Below, piece after piece: positions 1 through 11,239 of a DNA stretch of 26,176 bases. The stretch is taken from contig NW_008246120.1 in the NCBI RefSeq assembly GCF_000281045.1, positions 237,835 through 264,010 of the forward strand. The letters are read 5' to 3'. Under the pieces are notes generated by a model. It made no database searches. It saw only the letters and a list, made by a program, of their open reading frames with translations, and was not told the DNA's origin. Both the position numbers and the translations under genes were made by a program. The stretch is from Saprolegnia diclina VS20 (taxonomy: Eukaryota). Position 1 is the first letter of the stretch. Each line of letters opens with the position of its first letter.

Positions 1-2120
1 AGGACGGTGATGTCGCCGCACACATCGATCTTGCCGTCATTGTCCTTGTCTTCAAAGAAGACACCGTTGACGGGACCCGGACTCCCGAGGTACGCGTCGC
101 GGTCGATGCTATGGTGGTGCGAGTTGGAGATTTGAGGGATGAGCGCCGCGGCCGCCGACGCCTTCTCGGCCTGGCACGTCGGCGAGCTAAAGAGCGCGAG
201 GAGCGTGCTCGCTTGGTTGACCGTCACGCAAAAGCCGTCGGCGAGGATCTTGATCATCGTCATCTTCTTGTGGTCGTCCAAGTCGAACGAATGGCCGATG
301 AGGTCCTTGATTTTGCAAAACTCGGTGTCCCGCAAGTGCAAGTCGGGGCTTGCTTCTTCGTCCTTGGTCACATGCAAGGCGAGGATGCCAGAGAACGGGA
401 TTTGGCCGCGCTCGACTTTGGTCGTTGCGAGGTGCGGCGGGAGCACACTGGTGCCCTTCGCCAACGCAAAGGGCTGGCCGTTGAGCGACACGTTTGAAAA
501 TGCAATGCGGTTGGCAGCGTGCATGCTCAGAAGCTCCTTGAGCACGACGTGGTCGCTTCGGTCGGCCAAGTCGAGCTTGTACGGGCCGGTGCAGTACGTC
601 GGGCTGTACAAATACTCTTGAATCTCAATGTTGCAATTAGAGAGGTCCCAGATGCACTGCATGCTCGCGGTCGCCATCGCATGCAAAATCGCTTCGACGG
701 CGGCGGTGCCGATCGGGTTGCTGCTTGCGTCCAGGTGCGCGATCGACGCGTTCGACTTGCACATGTCGACAAACACAAAGATGGCGCGGCCTTTGATGTG
801 GTTGTTGCTTACGTTCAAGTTCGTGAGCGTCGAGTTCAGAACGAGGCTCGTCGCGAGCTCAATGTCGGCGCCACCGCTGTTGCCGAGCGAGTTGTCTGAG
901 AGCACGAGGTCGAGAAGCGTGTCGTTCTCAGCCATCGCCGTTGCCAAGTGACACGCTGGGTCGCCTCGGATTTGATTCCATGACAAATCCAAGTGCGTCA
1001 ACGCGGTTTTGACCCGGAGAAGGTCGCCGAGGAGCTTGGCCGAGTGAAAGACCTTGTTGTGGCTCAACACGAGGGACGTGAGCGTGCAGCGTTTCAAGAG
1101 GGCCTTGACGAGCGCCGTCACGGACTGATCGCCGAGTTGGTTGTTGCTCAGATCGAGCACTTGGAGGTTCAGCGATGTGTCGTCGAGCACCGTATTGAGC
1201 TTCATGTACCCTTTCGCGCCAATGTGATTGTGGGCAAAGTTGAGACGTAGCAAGTCTTCCTTCTTGACGCCGGTGACGATGGCCGCCGAGCCCTGGCCAG
1301 AGATCCCTGCATGCGTCATCGCGATGCTTGAAATGCGAACTGGAAGCAGCTCGAGCGCATCGCCGAGGGCCTCGGCGCGCCTGTCGCCCAGAAAGTAGTT
1401 GACGTACGACAGTCCGCCGTCAGCGCTGTAGTGGGGTTGGGGCGCCTTGTGCAAGCGCAAGTCCAGGAGAGGCAACGGCAAAAGCGCTTCGTCTTCGCAA
1501 TGCCGAAGATACCGTCCGCGGGACGAGTCGGGGCGCTGCACACGGCGCGCGCCGTCTTGGTAAATGCGCCAGAAACGGTCGTTGACGTCGTCGCAGAGGT
1601 AGTCGGCGTCGGTGGGCGGATCGATTTTGGGCTCGTCGAGGAGCGTCTCGTCGAGCAGCGGCGACATGATCGCGGACTTAACGGGCACGAGCTCCACGGC
1701 GTCGTCCGGTATGATGCGGTCCAAGCACGAGCTCGACTTGGGTGGCGACAGGATCACATTGGAGAGCGGGGCCAGCGTACTGTTGGCGATCGCCTTGCCG
1801 CTCTTGCCGCCGCCGCCGCCCACGTTGTACATCGAGAGACGCCGGCTCACGCGCGGGACCTTGGCTTTGAGCGGTCGCTGGTTGGCTGCGCGGCGTGGCA
1901 GCGGCGGCGACGTCGGCGCGATCGCCGGCATGCGCTGGGACGCGGTCGAGGTGCGCCTGTCACCGTCGTCCTTGCGCGCGGGCGCCTCCGCCTTGTCCGC
2001 GTCCGACGTCCACGACCAGAGCATCGCGCGGGGGAAGCCGTCACCCTTCTTGCGCCGGCGGCGCAGCGGGCTCTCGGCCTTCTCAGGTCCGCGCAGCTCC
2101 ATCGACGCCAACTCTGCCAT
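1..2120 (-). CDS. Leucine-rich repeat (RNI-like) protein with a possible DUF4476-like region; 3' end lies outside the window
   Basis: Manual translation from the ATG at 2120 ([26 protein letters not shown]...) is open to base 1. Repeats include [74 protein letters not shown] and [12 protein letters not shown]. It is not in the ORF track, probably because it has no stop inside the window. Confidence 0.88.
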   Translation of the reverse strand, partial: MAELASMELRGPEKAESPLRRRRKKGDGFPRAMLWSWTSDADKAEAPARKDDGDRRTSTASQRMPAIAPTSPPLPRRAANQRPLKAKVPRVSRRLSMYNVGGGGGKSGKAIANSTLAPLSNVILSPPKSSSCLDRIIPDDAVELVPVKSAIMSPLLDETLLDEPKIDPPTDADYLCDDVNDRFWRIYQDGARRVQRPDSSRGRYLRHCEDEALLPLPLLDLRLHKAPQPHYSADGGLSYVNYFLGDRRAEALGDALELLPVRISSIAMTHAGISGQGSAAIVTGVKKEDLLRLNFAHNHIGAKGYMKLNTVLDDTSLNLQVLDLSNNQLGDQSVTALVKALLKRCTLTSLVLSHNKVFHSAKLLGDLLRVKTALTHLDLSWNQIRGDPACHLATAMAENDTLLDLVLSDNSLGNSGGADIELATSLVLNSTLTNLNVSNNHIKGRAIFVFVDMCKSNASIAHLDASSNPIGTAAVEAILHAMATASMQCIWDLSNCNIEIQEYLYSPTYCTGPYKLDLADRSDHVVLKELLSMHAANRIAFSNVSLNGQPFALAKGTSVLPPHLATTKVERGQIPFSGILALHVTKDEEASPDLHLRDTEFCKIKDLIGHSFDLDDHKKMTMIKILADGFCVTVNQASTLLALFSSPTCQAEKASAAAALIPQISNSHHHSIDRDAYLGSPGPVNGVFFEDKDNDGKIDVCGDITV

Positions 2121-2364
2121 CGCCAAAGTCTGCCACGTAAAAATAGCATCTTCCGGATACACTATGTTGTATCCGTATGCCCGAAGCCACCCAATGGCCG
2201 GACATCCGAATAAGTGCGATGCCAGTGTCTCTATGTGGGCGCACTTAATTAGTTTTATCTGTGTAAATGTATATGCATACAGATATCCAGTGGACAGGGA
2301 AGTTGGTAAGTCATTGAGAGGTCCCTTTTATCAGCAGCTTGCAGCGACAAGAACGACGACGAGC

Positions 2365-3580
2365 ATGGACGGACCGGACCAGTGGATCGAGAACCTGCGC
2401 GCGGGGAAGCTCCTCACGGAGCTGCAGCTCAAGATGGTCTGCGAGATGGTCAAGGACATCCTCGTTGAGGAGGGCAACGTGCAGGCGGTGTCGAGCCCAG
2501 TCACGGTCTGCGGCGACATCCACGGCCAGTTCTACGACCTCCTCGAGCTCTTCCGCGTCGGCGGCGAGCTCCCGACGACCAACTACGTCTTCATGGTACC
2601 TCACGCCTCCATGCGACATGTGGCTCAGACGCGCGGTAGGGCGACTTTGTCGATCGTGGCAACAACAGTGTCGAAACGTTCGAGCTGCTCCTGTGCCTCA
2701 AGGCGCGGTACGTCCGTCTTCGCCTCGCCTGCGACCGCATGGCCTTAGCTCATGCGTTGCATAGGTATCCCGACCGCATTACGCTCCTGCGCGGCAACCA
2801 TGAGAGCCGGCAAGTCACCCAGGTAGATCCCGCCAACGCGATCTTTCGAGTTCATTGGATTTGGCAGGTCTATGGCTTTTACGAAGAATGCGTCCGAAAG
2901 TACGGCAACGCCAACCCGTGGAAGTACTGCACAGACGTCTTCGACTACCTCAACCTTGCCGCCGTACGCTGCAGGGTTCTTGTCGGTCGTCGTCGCTCAC
3001 GCTCCCTCATTAGGTCATTGACGGGCGCGTCCTCTGCGTCCACGGCGGCCTGTCGCCCGAAATTCACACCCTGGACCAGGTACGCCACGTCTCGCCAACG
3101 ACGAAAAGACGATTGCAATGCGCCATTAGGTGCGCACGATCGAGCGCCAGCAAGAAGTGCCCCACGAAGGCGCGTTCTGTGATTTGATGTGGTCGGACCC
3201 CGAAGACATTGAGACGTGGGCCATGAGCCCGCGCGGCGCCGGGTTCCTCTTTGGCTCCAAGGTCACGGCCGAGGTGCGTCGGTGCCATTCGGTCGGCAAT
3301 ATGATCTTATATCGGTCGAATGTGCTAGTTCAACCACGTGAACGGCCTCGAGCTCATTTGCCGAGCGCACCAGCTCGCGCAGGAGGGCTATACATACATG
3401 TTTCCGGAGAAGAGCCTTGTGACGGTGTGGTCGGCGCCCAACTACTGCTACCGCGTCGGCAACTTGGCGGCGATCCTCGCCTTTGACGAACACCTCAACC
3501 GCGAGTTCAAAATCTTCCGCGAAGTGCCCGAGTCGACGCAGAGTGCGACCGTGCGCTCGACCGTGCCGTACTTCTTGTAG
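2365..3580 (+). CDS. PPP6C: Serine/threonine protein phosphatase 6 (PP6/Sit4 type) catalytic subunit, 7 exons, 304 aa. Exons 2365-2595, 2640-2707, 2765-2822, 2868-2963, 3014-3079, 3130-3273, 3329-3580
   Basis: Removing six GT-AG introns restores [48 protein letters not shown] and the C-terminal [29 protein letters not shown] and VTVWSAPNY point to PP6/Sit4 rather than PP2A or PP4. Confidence 0.93.
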
Positions 3581-3980
3581 GTAGGAAGACGTAGTAGCAA
3601 GAGATATGAACCCGCAGCAGTAGTAGTAGTATGTTCGACTCGGATTGAATACATGTATTACACCTTAGAAGCGGCGCCTCCTTTCAACCTTCGGACGACC
3701 GACGTCTTGCGCCGCAGCCTACCGGTACTTTGACGAGCCGCACACCTTACTCAAAAAGGCCAACGCAAGTACATAGTCCAGGATGGACTTGGCGGCTTGT
3801 CGGACAAAGCACGGGCGGGCAGAGGTGCCAGTTCTCTTGGTGGACAGGTGTGGTCTCACCAAGGTGCCTCACTGGACCTACTGGACCAGCGGCAGCAAGC
3901 TCACTTGATCACCACCACGCCATGACAGCGCACCAAGCACCTGTGCGTTCTTGCCGCTACTGCCAGGGCAATGACAGGCC

Positions 3981-5560
3981 ATGCCAACTTTGCGGACACC
4001 AATGACAGGTTCTGAGGTTTTGAGACCATCGCCAACGGCACAACGGCAGTGGAGGTCGTCGTCGATAAACTGGTTCATAGCCACAACGACGGACCTTCTG
4101 GCGCACCTCGACGACCTGGATGGCGCCCTCTGCACGCGTATCTTTGAGTTTGCGGGGCCGCTCTCGCTGGGCCTCTTACGCCACGGGGCTTGGGCGAGCG
4201 ACTTTGAGCACGGAGAAGACGACATCGGCTGTCTACGCCGACGCGTACACCGTCAACAAGCAGGGCGACCTTGCAAGCACTGCAGTCGACGATATAGACT
4301 GGTAGAAACTATGAAGATTGACGTCGACTTTGTACGAGTGCGATCCTGCTTTTGTTTCAAGCGTACCACACCACGAGACTTCAAAACCGCAGTGTAGCCA
4401 GAATGTCAACATTTGACCCTGAAAGGAGAACGCTCGCAAACCTAACAGCTCGATTCATGCCTCACTGCCGCGCGGAGGGCCCTGTCGGTACCGTGACCGC
4501 AAGACCCGATCGTTCGAGTTCATTTCGACACGCGAGATGTACGACCGCTATCAAGCGCTCACAAAGCACCTCGTCACATGCGCCCTTGGCTTTCGAAATG
4601 CTTACGACGACGACATGTTGCCACGTCATCACGCAAGCGAGGGGTTTGCCATTGGCGCTGCCGTTGGCCAGCATCGACCACTGTCGTGGGCTATCCGAGT
4701 CGAAGATGACATTCGACTGGACGCACTGGAGAACGTCGACCTTCGCAGGTGCCGGGACGTTGCAGTGACGCTGTTTTCGCGCCACCCGATCGCGCTTGTC
4801 CACGCTGCGGCTTATGGCGGTCACGCGACGCTCCTCACCAAGGTCCAGCAAGACTATATGGCGTGAACCTTGTGCGCCTCTCTAAGACGCCCGACGGACA
4901 GACGTACTTGTTGGACCACTCGGCCGGTCGCGGGTACCTTGACGTGGCCATGCTCCTGACAAACGCTGACAATAAGTATTGCACGACGGTCGCCATGGAT
5001 GGTGCAATTGCTCATGGCCACTTCAAGTCAGTACGGTGGCTCCACTGCGCACGAAACGAAGGCTGCTAAACCATGGACCGCGATACAGCGTACTAGTACT
5101 AGAGCCGCCGCAAGTCGCCGCAGCATGCTGCGATCCTCGATTTTCTTGTGCACGAGCGCGGGATTCGCTTTTCGGAGAAGCCATTTGCCTTGGCAGCGGC
5201 CTTTGGGGACATGCGGATGGTGCTAGCATGCCGTGTTGATGGTGTCGCGTGTACGACCACGGCGATGGACGCCGCTGCGCGCAACTGCCAGCTCGAGGTG
5301 CTTGCGTTTCAGCAATCGCACCACCCAGAGGACTGCTCGGATGCAGCTTTCAATGACGCGGCGGCGCGCGGGGATCTCTCGACGGTTCTGTTTTTGCAAG
5401 CGCACTACTCAACTGTCGGGAATCTCGTGGACGCTCTGACTGCGGCGGCGCGGCGAGGGCGCCTCGAGGTTGTCGCCCATGGATGCCGCGGTGCGTCAAA
5501 GACACTTTGACGTTGTGCGGTTTCTGCAGTTGCACCGCCCGCCCGAGAGCTGTTCCATGT
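3981..5560 (+). pseudogene. Decayed ankyrin-repeat gene (oomycete 'CTTxAMDxAA..GHL.VV.FLH' type); boundaries approximate
   Basis: Ankyrin fragments fall in different frames: AAAYGGHATLL; SAGRGYLDVAMLL..CTTVAMDGAIAHGHFKSVRWLHCARNEGC* (TAA 5067-5069); CTTTAMDAAARNCQLEVLAF..AAARGDLSTVLFL..AAARRGRLEVV; then, after another shift, AMDAAVRQRHFDVVRFLQLH. Confidence 0.75.
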
Positions 5561-5880
5561 GCATGCATGGAACGACGACGGGTACGAGTGGCAACGCCCG
5601 TGGAGTGCTGCTTCGTCGGCACATGACGTGGCAGAGCCATAGCAATTGAAAAAAAGCATGAGCTAGTACATTCGACATTTTTGATAGACAACTTGTCCAT
5701 CAGTTTTGATATACGATCAACGTCTATCGATCATGTAATACTATACCGGTGAGTACACAATTGCACAGCGCTCGAACGAGCCGAGAGCACTGGTTTGGTT
5801 TCGAGGCGGTTGCGATGCCAAGGAACTGTGAAAACGCATAATTGTATTCATTCTGACAGACGTGGCAAGATTTGCTTTTG

Positions 5881-7200
5881 ATGAGCATCGTCTACGGCGG
5901 CCCTGGGCCGACGATGCTGGCGACGACGCCGGTCGTGCTCAACACGTGGCCCTTCACGGCGGCGACCGACCGTGCGTACGCAGAGCTTCTGCGGCCTGAT
6001 CGCTCGGCCCTCGACGCCATCGAAGAGGGCTGCAACATCTGCGAGGTCGACACCCACGCCGCTTCCTGCCTCTTATGCTGCTGGCGTAGGTCGCGCAGTG
6101 CGACTTTACCGTCGGCTACGGCGGGAGTCCCGACAGCAGCGGCGAGACGACGCTCGACGCTATGATCATGGACGGCGACGACCAGGCAATGGGCGCGGTT
6201 GCGTGCCTCCGCCGGGTCAAGGACGCGATCCGCGTCGCTCGGCGTGTGCTCACGCACTCATCGCACTCACTTCTCGCAGGCGACGGCGCGCTCGCCTTTG
6301 CCAAGATGATGGGCTTCCGCGAAGAGTCGCTGACGACGCCGTACTCGACCAAGCTATACCTTGAATGGCAAGCGAATCGCTGCCAGCCCAACTACTACCG
6401 CAACATGATCAACCAGTCGACAGCCTGTCCGCCATACACGCCTGCATCAGTCGACTTAGCGCGACCCGTCTCCGAGAGCTGGATTGACGCTACAAACCAC
6501 GATACGATTGGCATGGTCTGCGTCTGCTTTTTTGCACTGTCCTGACCCAAGCCTGTAGGTGGCGCTGAGTAGCGCTGGTCATCTTGCCTGTACGTCCCTT
6601 TGCTTCCACGTACCTTGACCAACGTTGCAGAGCGTAGCGGGCACGAGCTCGAACGGCGCCAACCACAAGATTGCAGGGTACGTACCTCAGAACAACGCTG
6701 AGTCGTCGATTCGTCGAGCTAGTCGAGTGGGTGACGCGCCCATACCTGGCGCTGGCTCGTACGCCGACAGCACCAAAGGCGCCGCGGCGGCTACTGGCGA
6801 CGGCGATGTCATGATGCGCTTCTTGCCAACCTACCAGGTAGTCCGATCGCTTAGCCCACTACAAGCATGTGCCATGAACGTGGACAGGCGGTGCAGGACA
6901 TGGGCAATGGCGTGCACGTATGACATTCTAGCCCACGTCGACTCTTAGCACTGACGTACTAGCCTCAAGTGGCCTGTGAGATGGCACTGCGGCGTATCGC
7001 GACCAAGGCGCCAGCATTCAAGGGCGGGATCGTCTGCTTGAATCCTGCAGGCGTCTACGGCGCGGCAGGGCACGCACCCCATCGCCAATATGAAGTCACA
7101 TGTACACTGTAGATTTGGCTGGAATTTTTCGTACGCGGTGCGCACGCCAGGCATGGAGGCCACACACGTCATTTCCGTGGACCCCATTGCAGTCGTCTAA
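5881..7200 (+). CDS. AGA: N(4)-(beta-N-acetylglucosaminyl)-L-asparaginase (glycosylasparaginase, Ntn hydrolase), 8 exons, about 333 aa. Exons 5881-6045, 6090-6515, 6559-6589, 6638-6677, 6723-6837, 6888-6917, 6963-7069, 7113-7200; start codon uncertain
   Basis: Spliced product contains [42 protein letters not shown], the autocleavage site [31 protein letters not shown] and [15 protein letters not shown], all collinear with human AGA as recalled. Confidence 0.93.
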
Positions 7201-8122
7201 TGCACATCGCATGACGCGGGTCGTAAGCTTTGCAAACTCGCTCCACCATCCTCGCTGATCTCGATCGCACCGTAAATACCAAGAACAATGGCTTCTACAA
7301 AGGACTCTGCAATTTGCTGGTCGTCCTCACCGACATGGTCGCAGCAAGGGCATTATTGGCCCTTGGCAGTAGCGATGGAGCTGAAGATGTGGATGGGATG
7401 CATGAGGTCGGCAGCGGTGCGATAACAGGCCCGGCAAGGCCAGAGAAGGGTCAGTGCTCGTTTCCACCATTTTTGATATATCGCCAAGATTCAACAAGAA
7501 GATAGAAACCAACTTCAAAATTTCTGTCGAAAACCCTTTTTTGGCGCCTCCTTTCTTCGATTCTCGACGCAAGTGGGTGGAATGAAGTACCGTAGTACTA
7601 TGCGCAGCTCTTGACTAGCATCGTACCGTAGCACCAGAATGGTTTGAACAAATGTTGTCCAGTCAGCTCGGCCGCAATCTCGACAGACGCAAGTTGGCTC
7701 GGTGCGCTCAGTGTCGAGCTGAGTCCAGCTGAAGTGCAACCTCGAGGTGCTTGGATGCGGACTTCAAAGATCTTGCTAGAGTGTAAAGCATGGAACAAAG
7801 GCGTGTCCCACGCCACGCGTCTGAGTGGTAGGCTCAGCGTTTCGGCTCCAGTTGGCATCCTGGCGAGCTCACGCACACGTGCGTCTTGGGCAAGGCATTA
7901 TAGTGCACTGGCCTCCCCAATCGTCGAGATCGATGCGACCAAGCCAGTGTTTCGAGATAGCTTGTGCACGGAAGCGCAAGTTGAAGTTGCGTTTCCCCTG
8001 CGGATACCGGAGATGACTCACGGGTCCTAGCTGGCACCACGAGCTGGCGCCAAATTTCTTGAGCTACTTTGCACGCTCCATTCCCACCTTTTTTAATAGC
8101 AGTTGTGGGTCGAAGCCAAAGG

Positions 8123-8138
8123 TCACTTTTCGATCTCC
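8123..8138 (+). promoter_or_regulatory. Oomycete initiator (INR) with degenerate FPR
   Basis: TCACTTTTCGATCTCC ends 6 bp before the ATG at 8145. The paralogs have better matches at the same position. Confidence 0.5.
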
Positions 8139-8144
8139 AACGCC

Positions 8145-10748
8145 ATGGGCAACACGACATCGTATGGCCTCGCCATGATCTCCCTTGGGGTCGCGATGGC
8201 CGACACCTACGACGTCATCGTCGTCGGGAGCGGCCCTGGCGGCCTCGTCGCCGCCGAGTACCTCAGCCGGAACGCATCGCTCTCGGTGCTCGTCTTGGAG
8301 GCTGGTCTCCCAACCCTCGCGGCGTCTGGTGGCAACAACATTCCGGGCTACGCCCAGTCCCAAGGCCTTACAGTCTTCGACATTCCCGGTGAGTACACCA
8401 ACATTGCGTTCGGCGGCAACGCTGCGTACCGCTACGGGACCGACTGGGTCTCGTCGCCCACCGGTCTCTACCTTGGCAAGTGCGTCGGCGGCAGCTCGTC
8501 GCTCAACGGCATGCTCTACTTTCGCACGCCTGACTCGTATGTGACGGAAGCGAGCTGGCCCAACGACGTGGCGACCGTCAACGCTGGCTTCTCCGCGATC
8601 GAAACCATGTTTACCTTCGGCTACAACCCGTCGCCCGACGGTGTCCGCTACAACCAACAAGCGTACACCATCATGCGCGCTGTACTTGGCAATGGCGGCG
8701 GGTACACCGAGACGCAAGCCATCAACACCGACCGCAACGCCAAGAGCAAGAGCTACGGCCACCCGCCGTTCGCGATCAAGAACGGTCTTCGCGACTCGCC
8801 GGCCAAGACATTTCTCGGTGCGGCCAAGGCCCGGCCCAACTTCAAACTCATTTCATCGGCGACCGTCTCGTACATCATCCAGTCCAAGGGCACCGCGACG
8901 GGTGTCGTCTACACCGTCAACGGCCAGACCGTGACTGCGAGTCTGTCGGGCAAAAGCGCCGTCATTGTAGCCGGTGGCGCAGCCATGACGCCCAAGATCC
9001 TCATGCAGTCAGGCGTCGGGCCGTCGAGCCAGCTCAACGTGCTCAAGAGCCGAGGCAACGCTCCGGGTGTCAGTGGCGACGCGGCCAACTGGGTCGTCAA
9101 CGAGAACGTCGGCGACAGCATGTTTGACTCGCAGCAATTGCTCATGACGTTTTCGCGCAACGACATGGTCTCCTTCTCATACTCGCAGTCGCAAACGGCG
9201 GCGATCACGCAGTACATGACCCAAGGCCACAGCGGACCCTGGGCGAGTCCGGACCCGGTTCTGATTGCGTACGAGAACTACAACTTTGGGGGTCGGGCGT
9301 ACCAGTTCCAAGTGACCTCATTCTCGCACGGCTTCAACTGGGGCAGCAACAACCCGACCGAGTTTGGCGTCGCCGTGTATGTCAACAACCCGATCTCGCG
9401 CGACAGCGCACGCTTCAGTGGCGACGGCGGCTACCATCTCGACACGGCGCACAGCATGTACAGCAACCCGACCGACCGGGCGGCCGTGGCCAACTACCTC
9501 GACAAGCTCCGCGGGTGGATGAGCAGCCAAGGCGTGACGCAGGTCGTACCGAACGCTGGTGTCTCGTCGATCGACTTTGTCAACGCCAACATCCAAGGCG
9601 CCAACCACTACGGTGGTAGCTGCTACGCGTCTGGCGATGGCTCGGACGCCAAGCGGTGTGCCGACGAAACGCTGCGGGTCGTTGGTGCCAAGAACATTTA
9701 TGTCGGCGACGCCAGTTTGATGAAGACGGGGACCGTCAACCCGTATGGGTTTATCATGTACGCCGGGTACCAGACCGGCGTCAACGTCGCCAAGGCCATC
9801 GCCTCTGGGTCGACACCCGTGACACCGACGCCGCCTGGCTCGTGCAGCAACCTCCAAAGCGATCTCGACTACTTCGGCAACGACATCAAGTCGACGTCGC
9901 GGGCGTCCGCGAACGACTGCTGCGGCGACTGTGCGGCGACAGCCGGCTGCGCCTTGTACGTGTGGACGGGCGACAACGGCGGGACGTGCTGGCTCAAGAG
10001 CGCTGCCGGCGCGCCGTCGTCCAAGCCCGGTGCCAAGTCGGGTTTCCGTGGCACCGTGACACCGACGCCACCTGGCTCGTGCACCAACCTCCAAAGCGAT
10101 CTCGACTACTTTGGCAACGACATCAAGTCGACGCTGCGGACGTCGGCCAACGACTGCTGTGGCGACTGCGCGGCGACAGCCGGCTGCGTCTTATACGTCT
10201 GGACAAATTCGGCGGGCGGGACGTGCTGGCTCAAGAATGCCGCTGGCGCCGTCTCGTCCAAGCCGGGGGCCAAGTCTGGTTTCCGGGACTCCGTGACGCC
10301 GACACCAACCGTCACGACGGCACCTCCGCTTGCAGCTTGCGGAGCGCCGCTTGCCAACACGGACTTTGATGGCCAAGACGTTGGCAATGTGCCGGGTGGG
10401 ACGCCGGCAGTGTGCTGCGCCGCATGCCAGAGCAACCCAGCATGCAACGCGTACAGCATTTGGAACAACATTTGCTGGCTAAAGAGCGGCTCCAACGCAC
10501 CGCGCTCGGCGCTGGGCGTCGTGGCGGCCACCGTCAACAAGTGCTCGGCGCTCGAGTCCAACGTCGACTACTCTGGCAACGACCTGAGTAACGCGCCGGC
10601 CGTCGCAGCAACAGGGTGCTGTGCGCTGTGCCGCAACACATTGGGCTGCAAGGCCTTCTCGTGGTTCCAAAGCGTTTGCTACTTGAAGAGTGCCAAGGGC
10701 GCGTCCATTGCCAAGGCGGGAGTCATTTCGGCCGCGGTCCTTGCGTGA
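8145..10748 (+). CDS. Secreted cellobiose-dehydrogenase-like GMC oxidoreductase (CAZy AA3-like) with four PAN/Apple domains, copy 1, 867 aa, intronless
   Basis: Short hydrophobic leader. FAD motif YDVIVVGSGPGG..VLVLEAG, then GKCVGGSSSLNGMLY. Catalytic His in GANHYGG and Asn in TVNP. P/T linker followed by four D(Y/F)xG(N/Q)D..CC..C....C..(Y/F)xW....C(W/Y)LK modules. Confidence 0.9.
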   Translation: MGNTTSYGLAMISLGVAMADTYDVIVVGSGPGGLVAAEYLSRNASLSVLVLEAGLPTLAASGGNNIPGYAQSQGLTVFDIPGEYTNIAFGGNAAYRYGTDWVSSPTGLYLGKCVGGSSSLNGMLYFRTPDSYVTEASWPNDVATVNAGFSAIETMFTFGYNPSPDGVRYNQQAYTIMRAVLGNGGGYTETQAINTDRNAKSKSYGHPPFAIKNGLRDSPAKTFLGAAKARPNFKLISSATVSYIIQSKGTATGVVYTVNGQTVTASLSGKSAVIVAGGAAMTPKILMQSGVGPSSQLNVLKSRGNAPGVSGDAANWVVNENVGDSMFDSQQLLMTFSRNDMVSFSYSQSQTAAITQYMTQGHSGPWASPDPVLIAYENYNFGGRAYQFQVTSFSHGFNWGSNNPTEFGVAVYVNNPISRDSARFSGDGGYHLDTAHSMYSNPTDRAAVANYLDKLRGWMSSQGVTQVVPNAGVSSIDFVNANIQGANHYGGSCYASGDGSDAKRCADETLRVVGAKNIYVGDASLMKTGTVNPYGFIMYAGYQTGVNVAKAIASGSTPVTPTPPGSCSNLQSDLDYFGNDIKSTSRASANDCCGDCAATAGCALYVWTGDNGGTCWLKSAAGAPSSKPGAKSGFRGTVTPTPPGSCTNLQSDLDYFGNDIKSTLRTSANDCCGDCAATAGCVLYVWTNSAGGTCWLKNAAGAVSSKPGAKSGFRDSVTPTPTVTTAPPLAACGAPLANTDFDGQDVGNVPGGTPAVCCAACQSNPACNAYSIWNNICWLKSGSNAPRSALGVVAATVNKCSALESNVDYSGNDLSNAPAVAATGCCALCRNTLGCKAFSWFQSVCYLKSAKGASIAKAGVISAAVLA
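9817..10290 (+). repeat. 237-bp (79-aa) in-frame tandem duplication of linker plus PAN domain
   Basis: CCGTGAC-initiated units start at 9817, 10054 and (partially) 10291. The two units are near-identical (C[ST]NLQSDLDYFGNDIKST..ANDCCGDCAATAGC). Confidence 0.92.
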
Positions 10749-11239
10749 GTCTGTAGCTCGATCCTCGTATTATATTCTATCATCAAATTCCTTGCATATC
10801 TGAGACGTTCACACAACCACCCGCAGAAAGAAGCGCTGGTCCAGTCAGCAGTCAGTGAATGTTTCGACTGCGAGGATTGCGCGCCAAGACTGATAGCAAA
10901 TTTCCAGATTGCACTTGCCCCAAGCGCATTCCTACCGCGTTAAAGAGGTTTAAACATCCTTTTACCGGAACCGGTGACGAGCGGTACAGAGAGAAATCGA
11001 GCATGAATCGTGCAAGTCGACGTGCCAACATACATTCCGATCTGCTAGGGAGGGTATCTGTATACAGCGTCGTGCCAACATGGCAGGCCAGCACAAAGTT
11101 TCGTGCCGCGACATTTAACCCATAAAACGTGTTGAACGCGTTTTTCATTCAACGCGTCGTTGAACCGATCGTGTCGGACTCAGTCGCGCGCACTGCTAGG
11201 TTGCCGGACGCTCGCCGAAGCTCTCAGCTGCCGACGTTC

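Noticed and set aside
15..50. EF-hand-like loop DKDNDGKID in the LRR protein
   Set aside because: Position 12 is Gly rather than Glu/Asp, no preceding helix is evident, and the context is cut by the window edge.
3673..7555. 13-bp direct repeat GGCGCCTCCTTTC at 3673 and 7543
   Set aside because: Several 13-mer matches are expected by chance in 26 kb; it flanks a conserved gene and there are no transposon hallmarks.
7201..8100. Short ORFs between AGA and GMC copy 1
   Set aside because: No motifs or clear codon bias; treated as intergenic.
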